Program-made: the position numbers and the translations under genes
The notes under the pieces: generated by a model
What the model saw: the letters and a program-made list of their open reading frames with translations, nothing else
Database searches by the model: none
What the model was told of the DNA's origin: nothing
From: an uncultured Gemmatimonadales bacterium
GTDB lineage: Bacteria; Gemmatimonadota; Gemmatimonadetes; Longimicrobiales; RSA9
Reading direction: 5' to 3'
DNA length: 64,000 nt
Assembly: GCA_963798085.1 (NCBI GenBank)
Contig: CAWCRS010000009.1
Location: 233,889 to 297,888, forward strand
Part shown: positions 47,131 to 58,337 of the stretch, in pieces
Position numbering within the stretch: position 1 is the first letter of the stretch
Layout of the letters: every line of letters starts with the position of its first letter

Positions 47131-47682
47131 TCACGAATAGCTCATGAACTTCGACCACGGGGACAGGTAGCCCAGGTTGAGGAGGCCATTCTGGCGCAGC
47201 TCCAGGCGGCTGCGGGCCCGCAGCAGGGCAGCCGTGGCGGCACTGAGCCCCGCGAGATCGAGACCAATGCCGGAAAGACTGAAATCGTGGCCGATGAATT
47301 TGCTGAGTATGTGCCCGCTGATGGACACGCCCAGGAGCACGACGCCGAGCCGAAGGTGCGAGCGCTGCGGCGTCGGGCCGGCATCGAGGAGGAGGGCACC
47401 GGACCCGAGGCGGCGGCGTCGCCATTGCACCAGGTCGCGGGCCTCCAGGACGGCTGCGGCCAAACCGAGCGCGGCACCGAAGCGCTGCAGTACGCCGGGG
47501 GTGATCGTATGGTGGCGGGCCAGCAGGATCCCCGCGAGTACGGCGACGCTGGGCAGCAGCAAGGTCAAGCCCAGGACGACTCTGGCTCGTTTGTTGACGC
47601 GGCGCCAGACGCCTCGCAGAGAAAACGCGAGAGCGCCCGCCATTGCTACCGCCGCAAGCAGCATTACACCCATGTTGTGCAC
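47131..47682 (-). CDS. hypothetical membrane protein
   Basis: 183 aa with four hydrophobic segments (MGVMLLAAVAMAGALAF, VVLGLTLLLPSVAVLAGILL, GAALGLAAAVL, LGVVLLGVSISG) and a soluble tail. I recognise no family. Confidence 0.55.
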   Translation of the reverse strand: MHNMGVMLLAAVAMAGALAFSLRGVWRRVNKRARVVLGLTLLLPSVAVLAGILLARHHTITPGVLQRFGAALGLAAAVLEARDLVQWRRRRLGSGALLLDAGPTPQRSHLRLGVVLLGVSISGHILSKFIGHDFSLSGIGLDLAGLSAATAALLRARSRLELRQNGLLNLGYLSPWSKFMSYS

Positions 47683-47839
47683 CCCGGGGGAACAACCATG
47701 CCTGCCTGACTCGACGGGCAGCGAGTGTGTCCTTCCCGAAGCCGGGGAGCGAACGGGCCGTGGCCCGGCTGAAACGGACGGCGGGACCCGGCCGTAATGG
47801 CGGGTCAGTTCCCCGGACCCGCTCAGACGACGAGGCTCG

Positions 47840-50258
47840 ATGAACGCGCTGCTGAAGGACCTGCGCTACGGTGCGCGCATGATCCGCAAGACGCCGGGCG
47901 CATCGCTCATCGCGGTCATTGCGCTGGCGCTGGGCATCGGCCTGACCACGCTGATGTTCAGCATCGTGTACGGCGCGCTCATCCGGGGCCTGCCCTTCGA
48001 GCACAGTGAACGCCTGGTCAACATCAACCGCGTGCGCAAGGATCGCGGCAACGTGGGCATTTTCGCGCCCGACTTCGCCGACTGGAGCGCACAGCAGCGC
48101 TCCTTCGAGGAGCTGGGCGCCTACGCCGGCACATCCATCACGCTGTCGAGCGGCGACGCGCCGCGGCGCGTGAGAGGCGCGTACGTGTCAGCCAGCCTGT
48201 TCCGCGTGCTGCGCGTGCATCCACTGATGGGTCGCGTGTTCACGGATGAAGACGACCGGTCCGGCTCACCTGACATGCTGATCATCGGCTACGACGTGTG
48301 GCAGAGTGATTTCGCCGGCGATCCCGGCATCATCGGCAGGTCCGTGCGCATGAACGGCATCGATGCCGTGATCGTCGGCGTCATGCCGCGCGGTTTCGGC
48401 TTCCCCGACACGCAGAGCGCGTGGGTGCCATTGCGCCTGGATCCGGCGCGGACGGAGCGGGGCAGGGGCATGTCGGTGGGCGTCGTGGGCCGGCTGCGGG
48501 CCGCGGTGAGCATGGCGCAGGCGACGGCGGACATGGAGGCCATCGCGCAGCGCCAGGCGAGCGCGTATCCGGTCACGAACCAGGACATCACCGTCAGACT
48601 GCAGACCTCGCAGCAGGCGAGACTGGGCCGGGACGAGCGCACCGTGCTCTACACGATGCTGGGCGCCGTGCTGTTCGTGCTGCTCATTGCCTGCGCCAAT
48701 GTGGCGAATCTGCTGATCGGCAGGGCCATGGTGCGCACGCGCGAGATCGGCGTGCGCACCGCGCTGGGCGCATTCGAAACTGCGTGTGATGAGCCAGTTC
48801 CTCACGGAATCGCTGGCGCTGGCCATCGCCGGTGCCGCCATCGGTGTGGTGATCGCGGCGGTCGGCATCCGCGCGTTCAATGGCGCGATTGCAGGCGTCA
48901 ATCCACCGTTCTGGCTGAAGATCGCGCTGGACACGCCGTCACTGCTCTGTGCCAGCGCCGCCACGGTGCTGGCCACGCTGGCGGCGGGCTCCATTCCCGC
49001 CGTGCAGGCGGCCACCGCGAACACGCACGACATCCTGAAGGATGAGTCGCGCGGCAGCTCGAGCTTCAGACTGGGCAACCTGAGCCGCGTCCTGGTGATG
49101 GCGGAAATGGCGCTGTCGGTCGGGCTGCTCGTAGGTGCCGGCCTCATGATCAAGAGCGTGGTCAAACTGGAAACAATCGATCTCGGCTTCGACGCAAGGC
49201 ACACGCTGAATGCACGCATGATCATGTCCGACACCATCTACAACGACCGCGAGCGCCGCCTGCGCCTGGCCACGGACCTGCTGACACGCGTGTCAGCAAT
49301 GCCGGGTGTCACCGCGGCCACGCTCACCACGTCCGCGCCGGGCATGGGTGGCGGCAGCAACCTCTTCGCACTGGAGGGCGTCACCTACGCCACCGATCGC
49401 GACTACCCGTCGGCGCCCGGCGCCACTATCGCGCCCGGGTTCTTCGCCACGCTGGGCTTCAGGGTCATCGGTGGCCGCGAATTCACGGCGGACGATCGCG
49501 ACGGCACGCTGCCCGTTGTGGTCGTCAATCAGTCGTTCGAGCGACGCTGGTTCCCGGGGCAGAGCGCGCTGGGCAAGCGCCTGCGCTTCGGCACCAACAT
49601 CGCCGGCAACCCGAACCCGTGGATGACGATCGTGGGCGTGGTCCCCGATCTCTATGTCACTGCCGTGGACGAACAGGTGCACGAAGGTCTGTACCGGCCG
49701 ATTGCGCAGGCGGGCCCGCGCGGCCTCACGGTGCTGGCACTGACGCGCGCGAAGCCGGCATCGCTCGTGAATGCGCTGCGCGGCGTCGTCGCCGATGTGG
49801 ATCCCAACCTGGCGCTGGATCAGCTGGGTTCGCTCGAGGAAGTCATCCAGCAGGAGAACTGGTACTACGCCGTGTTCGGTGCGCTGTTCGTCGCGTTCGG
49901 CGGCGCTGCTCTCTTCCTTGCCTCGATCGGGCTGTACGGCGTCATGTCGTTCGCCGTGAGCCGGCGGCGGCGCGAGATGGGTGTGCGCATGGCCGTGGGT
50001 GCGGACGCGCGCGACGTGGTGCGCCTGGTCCTGCGACAGGGCATGACACAAACCGCCATCGGCCTCATTGTGGGAACCGCTTTTGCGCTTTTCGTGTCGA
50101 AACTGCTGGCGGCCATCCTCTTCCAGGTGCAGCCCCGCGATCCGGTGATCTTCGCGTCCATCATTGCAGTACTGCTGCTCACCGCCGTGCTGGCGTGCTG
50201 GATCCCGGCCCTGCGCGCGGCCCGCGTGGACCCCCTGGAAGCTCTGCGCTACGAGTAG
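47840..50258 (+). pseudogene. ADOP-type duplicated FtsX/MacB-like ABC permease, frame broken near 48773
   Basis: ORF 47840..49045 (MNALLKDLRYGARMIRKTPGASLIAVIALALGIGLTT...ACANVANLLIGRAMVRTREIGVRTALGA) continues as SKLRVMSQFLTESLALAIAG... in ORF 48786..50258, ending LEALRYE. One extra base lies in gca t tcg. Confidence 0.85.
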
Positions 50259-50404
50259 CCCGGCCCGCCCGTGCGCGCTACCGCTGTCGCGCGCGGTTGC
50301 CCGCAGGGTGGCGGGGGCGTACGTTGCAACGCCCCGTCGTTGCGATTGTCGGCGCGGGTTACAGCAAATGTCTCCAGCGCGAGAATCGAGAACATCCACA
50401 CGGC

Positions 50405-51124
50405 ATGCTGAGCATCCGCGAGGTGTCACGCATCCTGGACGTGTCCGAGCGCACGGTGCAGCGCTGGATCCGCTCCGGTGATCTGCCCGCCAGCCGGCAG
50501 CGCGAACAGGCACTGATCAATCCCGTCGACCTGCTGGAGTGGGCTTCCGCGCGGGGCGTCGAGCTGTCGCCCGAGCTGAGCCAGCAGTGGGCCGTGCCCG
50601 AGCTGCCCTCGCTCTACGACGCCCTTGCGGCAGGCGGCATTCACACGGACGTACCGGGGCACAGCAAGGACACGGTGCTGCGCGCCGTGGCCCGGCGCCT
50701 GCCGCTGCGCAACGAGGACGAGAAGGAGTTCGTGCTGCAGGGCATGCTGGCCCGCGAAGCGCTCGGTTCCACTGCGATCGGCGGCGGTGTCGCCATTCCC
50801 CACGTGCGCAACCCCATCATCCTGCACGTCACCCGACCCGCCGTGATGCTATCGTTCCTGGAGAACGAGATCGATTTCGGCGCCCTGGATGGGCAGCCGG
50901 TCACGGTCCTGTTCACAGTCGTCAGTCCCACCGTGCGCCTGCACCTGCACCTGCTGTCGCGCCTCGGTTTCGTGCTGCACGATGCCGATGTGCGGCGGTT
51001 GCTGGGTGAGCGTGCCTCACCCGCCGCCGTGCTGGAACGCGTGCGCTGTGTGGAGGCGGCACTGCCCGGCCGGGATGGACTGGACGGCCACGTCTCCACC
51101 AACGGGCCGGCACAGGCGAGCTAA
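50405..51124 (+). CDS. HTH (excisionase/MerR-like) plus PTS EIIA(Ntr/fructose-type) domain protein
   Basis: ATG at 50405. MLSIREVSRILDVSERTVQRWIRSGDLPA (helix-turn-helix). EIIA_2 domain with STAIGGGVAIPHVR (phospho-His region) and VTVLFTVVSP. The stop TAA overlaps the next ATG as TAATG. Confidence 0.8.
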   Translation: MLSIREVSRILDVSERTVQRWIRSGDLPASRQREQALINPVDLLEWASARGVELSPELSQQWAVPELPSLYDALAAGGIHTDVPGHSKDTVLRAVARRLPLRNEDEKEFVLQGMLAREALGSTAIGGGVAIPHVRNPIILHVTRPAVMLSFLENEIDFGALDGQPVTVLFTVVSPTVRLHLHLLSRLGFVLHDADVRRLLGERASPAAVLERVRCVEAALPGRDGLDGHVSTNGPAQAS

Positions 51125-53094
51125 TGCTGCTGGCGGGCGCGTTCCTGGCACTCCTGCTGGGCGCGGTCCTCTCGCTGGTCTTCGGCCGTGATGCGCTGAC
51201 CCGCGCCCGACTGGGCGTGGCCGGCGCCGTCACTGCATCGCTGCTGGGTCTGGCCGCCTGCCTGCCCCCGCTCATCTCTGCCGGCGCCGTGGTCTACCAC
51301 GTTGCGTGGTCCGTGCCCCGTGGCTCCTTCACGCTGGTGCTCGATCCCCTGGCGGCGTTCTTCCTGCTGATCACGTTCCTGCTGACACCCCTGACCGCGT
51401 GGTACGGCGGGCGCTACCTGCGCGAGCAGGCGCACGCACCGCGCGCCACGTGGTTCTTCTGGAACCTGCTGATCGCGGCGATTGCGCTGGTGCTGCTGGC
51501 GGGTAACGCAGTGTTATTCCTGGTCGCATGGGAAGTGATGACCATCGCCTCCTTCTTCCTGGTCACGACGGAGGATGAGCGGCTCGAGGTGCGACGCGCG
51601 GGCTGGATCTACCTGATCGCCGCGCACATTGGCACGGCCTTCCTGATGGTGTTCTTCCTGCTGGCCGGCGGCAGCGCGGGTTCGCTCGATTTCGCGGCGC
51701 TCGGCGGCCACGCGCTGGTGGCGCCGGGTCTGCTGTTCGCACTGGCGCTGGTGGGTTTCGGCGCCAAGGCCGGACTCGTGCCCCTGCACGTGTGGCTGCC
51801 CGAAGCGCACCCGGCGGCGCCCAGTCACGTGTCCGCCCTGATGTCGGGTGTGCTGATTGCGACCGGCATGTACGGTATTCTGCGCGCCCTCGTGCTGGCC
51901 GGCCCGCTGGCGCCCGCATGGGGACCGGCCCTGATCGTGATCGGCGCACTGAGCGGACTGGTGGGCGTGGTGTTCGCGCTCGCGCAGGATGACATGAAGC
52001 GCGCTCTCGCATACTCGAGTGTCGAGAACATGGGGATTGCGCTGCTCGGCATCGGCGCGGGCGTGACCGGACTGAGCCGCGGCTCGCCCGTGCTGGCCGA
52101 GATCGGCTTCGGCGCTGCCCTGCTGCACGTGCTGAATCATGCGTGCTTCAAGGGACTGCTGTTCCTGGGCGCGGGCGCAGTGCGCCAGGCAACGGGCCAG
52201 ACGGGAATCGACCGGCTGGGTGGCCTGCTGCGACGCATGCCGCGCACCGGCCTCGCCTTTCTCGTGGGGTGCGCTGCCATCACGGGCCTGCCGCCGCTCA
52301 ATGGCTTCAGCAGCGAATTCCTCACGTTCCTCGCGGGACTGCGCATCGTCCGCGACATGCCGCCGGGCACGCGCTGGGCCGGCATCATCCTGGTGTGCGC
52401 GCTGGCCGCGGTGAGCGGCCTGGCCGTGGCACTGTTCGCGAAGTTGTTCGGCAGCGCATTCCTGGGCACGCCGCGCAGCGCGGCTGCGGCGCAGGCGCGC
52501 GAGGCGCACGTCGATCTGCGCACGCCGCTGCTCATCCTGGCAGCCGCGTGTGTGCTGCTGGGTCTCTTCCCGATCGTGGGCGTGCGTGCCGCGGCCGGTG
52601 CGGTGGGGCGGCTGGCGGGGCGGCCGCTCGATACCCGGACAGCCACACTGCTGCTCAGTACGCGGCTGCTGGGTAACGCCGTGTTGGGACTGAGCGCTCT
52701 GCTCGCACTGTGCGCCGGCCTGCGCTGGTCGCTCGTGCGACGACGCGAACGTCAGATCTCCGTCACCTGGGGCTGCGGTTATGCCGGGACGGTGGAACGC
52801 GCGCAGTACAGCGCATCATCGCTGGTGGCACCACTGGTCGCGTTCCTGGGCGGGGTGCTGCCCAGTGAGACGACAAGGGTGGCGCCGCCCCACGGCCTGT
52901 TCCCGGACACGGCAACGCTGCATGCGGGCGCCGCCGACGTATTCACGCAGCGCATGTACGGTCCCTCCTTCCAGTGGCTGAGCCGCTCCTTCCGCAGGCT
53001 GCGCATCGTGCAGCACGGCCGCCTGCACTGGTACCTGCTGTACGTGTTCCTCACGCTGCTGCTCATGCTGCTGATCGAGTTCGGCCAATGGTGA
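51124..53094 (+). CDS. HyfB-like (NuoL/Mrp antiporter-like) membrane subunit
   Basis: 656 aa, polytopic. Contains the proton-pump family motifs WEVMTIASFFLV, GFGAKAGLVPLHVWLPEAHPAAPSHVSALMSGV, LAYSSVENMG and HACFKGLLFLGAG. Confidence 0.9.
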   Translation: MLLAGAFLALLLGAVLSLVFGRDALTRARLGVAGAVTASLLGLAACLPPLISAGAVVYHVAWSVPRGSFTLVLDPLAAFFLLITFLLTPLTAWYGGRYLREQAHAPRATWFFWNLLIAAIALVLLAGNAVLFLVAWEVMTIASFFLVTTEDERLEVRRAGWIYLIAAHIGTAFLMVFFLLAGGSAGSLDFAALGGHALVAPGLLFALALVGFGAKAGLVPLHVWLPEAHPAAPSHVSALMSGVLIATGMYGILRALVLAGPLAPAWGPALIVIGALSGLVGVVFALAQDDMKRALAYSSVENMGIALLGIGAGVTGLSRGSPVLAEIGFGAALLHVLNHACFKGLLFLGAGAVRQATGQTGIDRLGGLLRRMPRTGLAFLVGCAAITGLPPLNGFSSEFLTFLAGLRIVRDMPPGTRWAGIILVCALAAVSGLAVALFAKLFGSAFLGTPRSAAAAQAREAHVDLRTPLLILAAACVLLGLFPIVGVRAAAGAVGRLAGRPLDTRTATLLLSTRLLGNAVLGLSALLALCAGLRWSLVRRRERQISVTWGCGYAGTVERAQYSASSLVAPLVAFLGGVLPSETTRVAPPHGLFPDTATLHAGAADVFTQRMYGPSFQWLSRSFRRLRIVQHGRLHWYLLYVFLTLLLMLLIEFGQW

Positions 53095-53998
53095 TCCGCA
53101 GCCTGCTGCCGCCGCTGCTGGGCCTGGCCGGCGCGCCCCTGCTGCTTGGCACGATCAACAAGCTGAAGGCCGCGTTCGTGGGCCGCACGGGCGCACCCCT
53201 GACACAGCCGTATCACGACCTGGCCCGCCTGCTGCGCAAAAATCTGGTGTACAGCAGCACGACGACGTGGCTGTTCCGCGCGCTTCCCGCAGTCTCGCTT
53301 GCGGCCGGCGTGGCTGTCGTGCTGCTCCTGCCGGCACTGGGACAGCGCCCGCCGTTTTCCTTCCCTGCCGACTTCCTGGTTCTGGCCGGTGCCCTGGCGC
53401 TGAGTCGCGCGAGCACGGTGTTAGCGGCGCTGGACACGGGATCGAGTTTCGAGGGCATGGGCGCCAGCCGCGAGCTGTTCATCGCCGCCCTGGCCGAGCC
53501 GGCGTTCTTCCTGGTGCTGCTGGTGCTGGTGACCCGGAGCGGGGAGCTGTCATGGCGGGCATGCTGGGTCCGGCGCTGACCGCGCACGGGTCAGGCGAGG
53601 CTGCCGCTCTGCTGCTGGCGGGCGGGGCCTTGCTGCTGCTGCTGCTCGCCGAGAACTCGCGTGTGCCGGTCGATGATCCGACGACGCATCTCGAGCTGAC
53701 CATGATTCACGAAGTCATGGTACTGGACCATGCCGGGCCCGATCTGGCGTTCATCCTGTACGGCGCCATGCTCAAGTTGTGGCTGTTCGCGGCGCTGCTG
53801 GTCGATCTCGCGCTTCCGGTGGGCGGCCTGCCCGCGCTGCCTGGCGCGCTGCTCTTCCTGGCGGGCATGGCGCTCAGCGCGCTGCTGGTGGCGCTGGTGG
53901 AGTCGAGCATGGCACGACTGCGGCTGGCGCGCGTGCCCCAGCTCCTGATCGCGGCATCCGTGCTGGCCGCGTTCTCCCTCCTGCTATCGGCGAGTTAG
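53088..53998 (+). pseudogene. HyfC/HycD-like (NuoH-like) membrane subunit, frame broken near 53551
   Basis: MVIRSLLPPLLGLAGAPLLLGTINKLKAAFVGRTGAPLTQPYHDLARLLRK... (ORF 52974..53579) continues as MAGMLGPALT...LLAENSRVPVDDPTTHLELTMIHEVMVLDHAGPDLA... (ORF 53267..53998). The junction GELS / MAGML needs a 1-nt shift. The ATG at 53088 overlaps the hyfB-like stop. Confidence 0.85.
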
Positions 53999-53999
53999 C

Positions 54000-54644
54000 A
54001 TGCAGCCGCTGCTGGAGACCCTGCTCATCGGCATTGTGCTGGTGAACCTGTCCATCCTGGGGTCGAGCCGGCTGGCCGGCTGCATCCGGCTGGTGGCGGT
54101 GCAGGGGGTGCTGGCCGGGCTGCTGCCCGCACTGCTGGGCACCACCGCGAGCGGCGCACGCGCCTTTGTCATGGTCGTGGTGGCCATGGGCGTGAAGGGG
54201 TTTCTGATGCCGTGGCTGCTGACGCGCGCGATCCGCGAAGCCAACGTACGCCGCGAGGTGGAGCCGTTCGTCGGTTTCAGCGCGTCCGTCGTGCTGGGAG
54301 CGCTGCTCACCGCCGCCGGGTTCGCGCTGGCCGCGCAGCTGCCACACCAGGGACCGGTGCAGGCGCCGCTCCTGGTGCCGGTGGCGTTCGCCACGCTGCT
54401 GAATGGCGCGCTGCTGATGGTGACACGGCGCAAGGCGATCATGCAGGTGCTGGGTTACCTGGTGCTGGAGAACGGCATCTTCCTGTTCGGCCAGAGCCTG
54501 GCGACGGAACTGCCCACACCCGTCGAGCTGGGCATCCTGCTCGACCTGCTGGTGGGCGTGTTCGTGATGGGCATCGCCATCTTCCGCATCAACCGCGAGT
54601 TCGACAGCACGGCCGTGCACCACCTGGCGGAGCTGAAGGACTGA
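54000..54644 (+). CDS. HyfE-like small membrane subunit
   Basis: 214 aa with 7 hydrophobic helices. Contains KGFLMPWLL and MQVLGYLVLENGIFLFG, typical of hydrogenase-4 component E homologues. Starts 2 nt after the previous stop. Confidence 0.8.
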   Translation: MQPLLETLLIGIVLVNLSILGSSRLAGCIRLVAVQGVLAGLLPALLGTTASGARAFVMVVVAMGVKGFLMPWLLTRAIREANVRREVEPFVGFSASVVLGALLTAAGFALAAQLPHQGPVQAPLLVPVAFATLLNGALLMVTRRKAIMQVLGYLVLENGIFLFGQSLATELPTPVELGILLDLLVGVFVMGIAIFRINREFDSTAVHHLAELKD

Positions 54645-56080
54645 TGCTGCCGGCGCTCGTGCTGCTTCCCGCGCTGGCGGGCGTGCTCGCGTTCTTCGCG
54701 CGCTCGGCCCGGGTGCGCGCCAACACGCTGCTGGGCGGTGCCCTCACGCACGCCCTGCTGACCGCCGTAGTGGCGTGGCGGCGGCCAGGACCAATGCTGG
54801 GCGGCTGGCTGCAGCTGGACGCGATCGGCCTGCTGTTCCTGGCCATTGTGAGCGTGTTGTTCCTCGTGGTGGTGCTGTACCTGGGCGTGCGGCGCACGCC
54901 GGACGAGCAAAGGCCGGAGCGCACGTTCGCGGCCTGCCTGCTGTGGTTCGCCGCATCCATGTCCCTGGTGACCATCAGCCATCATCTCGGTCTGCTCTGG
55001 GCGGCAGTGGAGGCGACGACACTCGCCAGTGCTCCGCTCATTTATCACCATCACAGCCGCCGCTCGCTCGAGGCGGCGTGGAAGTATCTGCTGATCTGCT
55101 CCGTCGGTATCGCGCTGGCACTCATGGGCACGTTCCTGCTGGCTCTGTCGGCGGCGGGCGGCGCCGTGCCGCACGGCGATCCGCTGCTGCTCCAGCGTCT
55201 GGTCGCCGCGGGACCTCGCCTGGATGGACCCGTGCTGCGCGCCGCGTTCGTGTTCCTGCTGGTCGGCTACGGCACCAAGATGGGACTCGCGCCGCTGCAC
55301 ACGTGGCTGCCCGATGCGCACAGTGAAGCGCCATCGCCGGCATCGGCGCTGCTCTCGGGGGCACTCCTGAATTGCGCGTTCCTGGCACTGCTGCGCGGCT
55401 GGCAGGTCGTGGCCGCCGCCGGCATGCAGGCGTTTGCCGCGCGCTGGCTCGTGCTCTTCGGCCTGCTCTCCATGGCGCTGGCCGGCGCGCTCATCCTGGG
55501 ACAGCGCGACTACAAGCGCATGCTCGCCTACTCGAGCGTCGAGCACATCGGCATCCTGGCGCTGGGTCTGGGAGCGGGGGGTGGCGCCGCGTTCGGCGTG
55601 CTGCTGCACGCGCTGAATCACTCGCTGGCCAAGGGCCTGCTGTTCCTGACCGCGGGCAACATCCTGCTTGCCTATGACACGAAAAGCAGCCGCAATGTGC
55701 GCGGTGTGCTGTCCGCCCGTCCGCTGACCGGCGTGCTCTGGCTGGCGGGATTCCTCGCCATCGCGGGCATGCCGCCATTCGGCCTGTTCCTCAGCGAATT
55801 CAGCATCCTGCGCGCACTGCTGGACCAGCAGCGCTTCCTCGTGGCCACGCTGTTCCTGGCACTGCTCGCCGTGGTGTTCGCGGGGCTGTCCTCCATCATG
55901 CTGCGCATGGCACAGGGAAAGCCTTCCGAGGTCGTGCCGGTGCCCGGCCGGGAGCGCTGGAACACGCTGTTATCACCCGCGCTGCTGGCCGTCGCCGTCC
56001 TGCTGCTTGGCCTGTACCTGCCACCCCAGCTCGACCGGCTGCTGCACGACGCCGCCGCCATCCTGCAGGCAGCGCCATGA
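54644..56080 (+). CDS. HyfF/HyfD-like (NuoM/N antiporter-like) membrane subunit
   Basis: The ATG at 54644 overlaps the previous TGA (ATGA-type overlap). Contains LLWAAVEATTLASAPLI, GYGTKMGLAPLHTWLPDAHSEAPSPASALLSG, LAYSSVEHIG and HSLAKGLLFLTAGN. Confidence 0.9.
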   Translation: MLPALVLLPALAGVLAFFARSARVRANTLLGGALTHALLTAVVAWRRPGPMLGGWLQLDAIGLLFLAIVSVLFLVVVLYLGVRRTPDEQRPERTFAACLLWFAASMSLVTISHHLGLLWAAVEATTLASAPLIYHHHSRRSLEAAWKYLLICSVGIALALMGTFLLALSAAGGAVPHGDPLLLQRLVAAGPRLDGPVLRAAFVFLLVGYGTKMGLAPLHTWLPDAHSEAPSPASALLSGALLNCAFLALLRGWQVVAAAGMQAFAARWLVLFGLLSMALAGALILGQRDYKRMLAYSSVEHIGILALGLGAGGGAAFGVLLHALNHSLAKGLLFLTAGNILLAYDTKSSRNVRGVLSARPLTGVLWLAGFLAIAGMPPFGLFLSEFSILRALLDQQRFLVATLFLALLAVVFAGLSSIMLRMAQGKPSEVVPVPGRERWNTLLSPALLAVAVLLLGLYLPPQLDRLLHDAAAILQAAP

Positions 56081-57611
56081 GCACCCGCCGCACGCTCCGG
56101 CTGCACAACGGTCAGGCGTTCGATACCGCCCTGCTGCCCGAACTGTCGATCGCCGAATTCACCGGGTTCGTGACCAGCCGTTGTCGCGAAGGCGAAAGGC
56201 TGGTGACGCTCTTCGGCTGGCAGGAACCCGATCCCGCGAACGACCGGGCGCGCACCCGGCTCGCCGTGGTGCTGGCCAGCGATCAGAGCGGACAGCTGGA
56301 AGTGCTGTGCTGCACGGTTGCAGGGCATCAGTACACATCGCTCACGCCCGACGTGGCCGCAGCCGCACGCTTCGAGCGCGAGATCCGCGAGCAGCTGGGC
56401 ATCGTGCCAGTGGACCACCCCTGGCTCAAACCACTGCGCAGCCAGCCACCGCTATATCCCGGTCTCCGGCCCCTGCACAATGCGGCGGTCGAGATCGGCG
56501 TCGACTATCCCTTCTTCCGCATGGAAGGCGAGGCAATACACGAGGTCGCGGTAGGCCCGGTGCACGCGGGCATCATCGAGCCCGGACACTTCCGCTTCCA
56601 GTGCTACGGCGAGCGCGTGTTCCACCTCGAGATAATGCTGGGTTATCAGCACCGCGGCATCGAGCGCGCACTGCTGGGCGGTCCGCAGCGCAATTCCGCC
56701 GTGCAGATCGAGGAGCTGGCCGGCGACACCACCGTGGGCCACAGCATGGCGTGGGCCCAGGCGCTGGAAGCGCTGGCCGCGTGCGACGTGCCCCTGCGCG
56801 CCCAGGCGCTGCGCGCGCTCGCGCTCGAACTCGAGCGCCTGGCCAACCACACCGGTGACATCGGCGCACTCGCCGGCAATGTCGCGTTCCTGCCCACGGC
56901 GGCCTACTGCGGGCGCATTCGCGGCAGTTTCCTCAACATGACGGCGCTGCTGTGCGGGAACCGTTTCGGTCGCGGCTTCATCCGGCCCGGCGGCGTCGCC
57001 TTCGATATCGATGGCGGAGATGTGCTGCAGCTGCAGGCTGCGCTCAATGCGGCGAGCCACGATCTGCACATTGCCGTCGAGCTGTTCTTCGAGACCGGAT
57101 CGGTCGTCGACCGGCTCGAAGGCACCGGACCGGTGACGCCCGAGCTGTGTCAGGAGCTGGGTGTCGTGGGTCCGGCCGCCCGCGCCTGCGGCATCGCCCG
57201 CGACGTGCGCCACGACCACGCCCACGGCATGTACCGCCTGGCGCACATTCCCACCGCCACCGTGGAAGGCGGTGACGTGTACGCGCGTGCCATGGTGCGC
57301 TGGCTGGAGATGCAGCGCTCGCTGGCATTCATTCGCGAGCTGCTCGCGGGCTTGCCACCCGGACCGTCCAGCGTGCCCATGCCGGGTCTGCTGCCCAATC
57401 TGGGCACCATTTCCCTTGTCGAAGCCTGGCGCGGTGAGATCGCGCACATCGCCATGACCAATGCACACGGCCGCTTTCTGCGCTACAAGATCACCGACCC
57501 CTCGTTTCACAACTGGCCGGCACTCGAAATCGCAATGCGCGGCCAGCAGATTCGGACTTTCCGCTCTGCAACAAGAGCTTCAATCTTTCCTATTCGGGGG
57601 CGGATCTTTGA
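56077..57611 (+). pseudogene. HyfG/HycE-like fused NuoC-NuoD large subunit lacking all four NiFe cysteine ligands, frame broken near 57552
   Basis: NuoD-type core VGPVHAGIIEPGHFRF...LGYQHRGIE. Where hydrogenases have R-x-C-G-x-C-x3-H, this protein has E-L-A-G-D-T-T-V-G-H. After GQQI the frame must shift by 1 nt to read SDFPLCNKSFNLSYSGADL-stop (TGA 57609-57611), which aligns with D.P....S.DPCxSCxDR with Cys replaced by Ser and Gly. The ATG overlaps the previous stop (ATGA). Confidence 0.85.
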
Positions 57612-57619
57612 ATGCGGAA

Positions 57620-57727
57620 TGCGTTGGAGTTGCTGAGGCTGGGGCTGGGGCTCGGGCTGGGGACGAATTGAAATGCGTTGCCTGGGGGCTGGTTGCTGGG
57701 GCTGGTTGCTCGGGAACGGCAGCAACG
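57620..57727. repeat. family A GC-rich repeat block (left boundary of the intra-operon spacer)
   Basis: The sequence gcgttggagttgctgaggctggggctggggctcgggctggggacgaattgaaatgcgttgcctgggggctggttgctggggctggttgctcgggaacggcagcaacgg shares its modules and the GAATTGAA linker with 25110-25185. Confidence 0.75.
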
Positions 57728-58337
57728 GATACAGCGTGCAGCTGCCCTGGTAGGGCTGGCACGGGGGACGGACTGCATGCGTTTGCGGCGGCTGGTTGCT
57801 CCACGGCATCAACGGAAACCGCCCGCACGGAGTTGTTCGGGATGCTGTCTGGGAATGGCGCGGCAGGCTGCCGCCGTCTACGCCATCGACGTTCGCACGA
57901 AGCGGCGACCAGAGCCATGCTGCCCATGGAAAGCACTGGATTGAGGCTCGACAGCAGCGGGTGGTCTTGCGACAGGCGCCGGGCCGCGGGGTGGGACCGG
58001 GGCGGAAATCGAGACGCGTCGCGGGCGAAGGGTGGGACAACATTGGCTTGCACTGCAGGGCCGTTGCCCGGGAGCACCCGGGAACATCGTGGAGGTGGCG
58101 GACGCGACCTGCGCACGCCTGCACCGAATTCTGTGTTAGTACGATGATCGAGGTTCAGGCCGTGGATCGGTGGCCCGCGCACGCCGGGCAGACCCTGAAC
58201 GCGTCGAGGGGGAACCGTTTGAGAAAGGTCGAACCGCGGCGCCGGTTTTCTTCCGTCGGGGCGCGACAGCGCGTGCGCGACACCCGCCTCACGGCAGCCG
58301 TGCGCAATCGTGCAGAGGGCGCGGGAGCCGCGCTGTT

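Noticed and set aside
50290-50330. A sigma-54 promoter (TGGC...TTGCA) upstream of the HTH-EIIA / Hyf-like operon.
   Set aside because: In tggcgggggcgtacgttgca, the GG and GC elements are about 14 nt apart instead of the required 10. The segment also forms a simple hairpin (GGGGCGT..ACGCCCC), which is more likely the terminator of the upstream permease gene.
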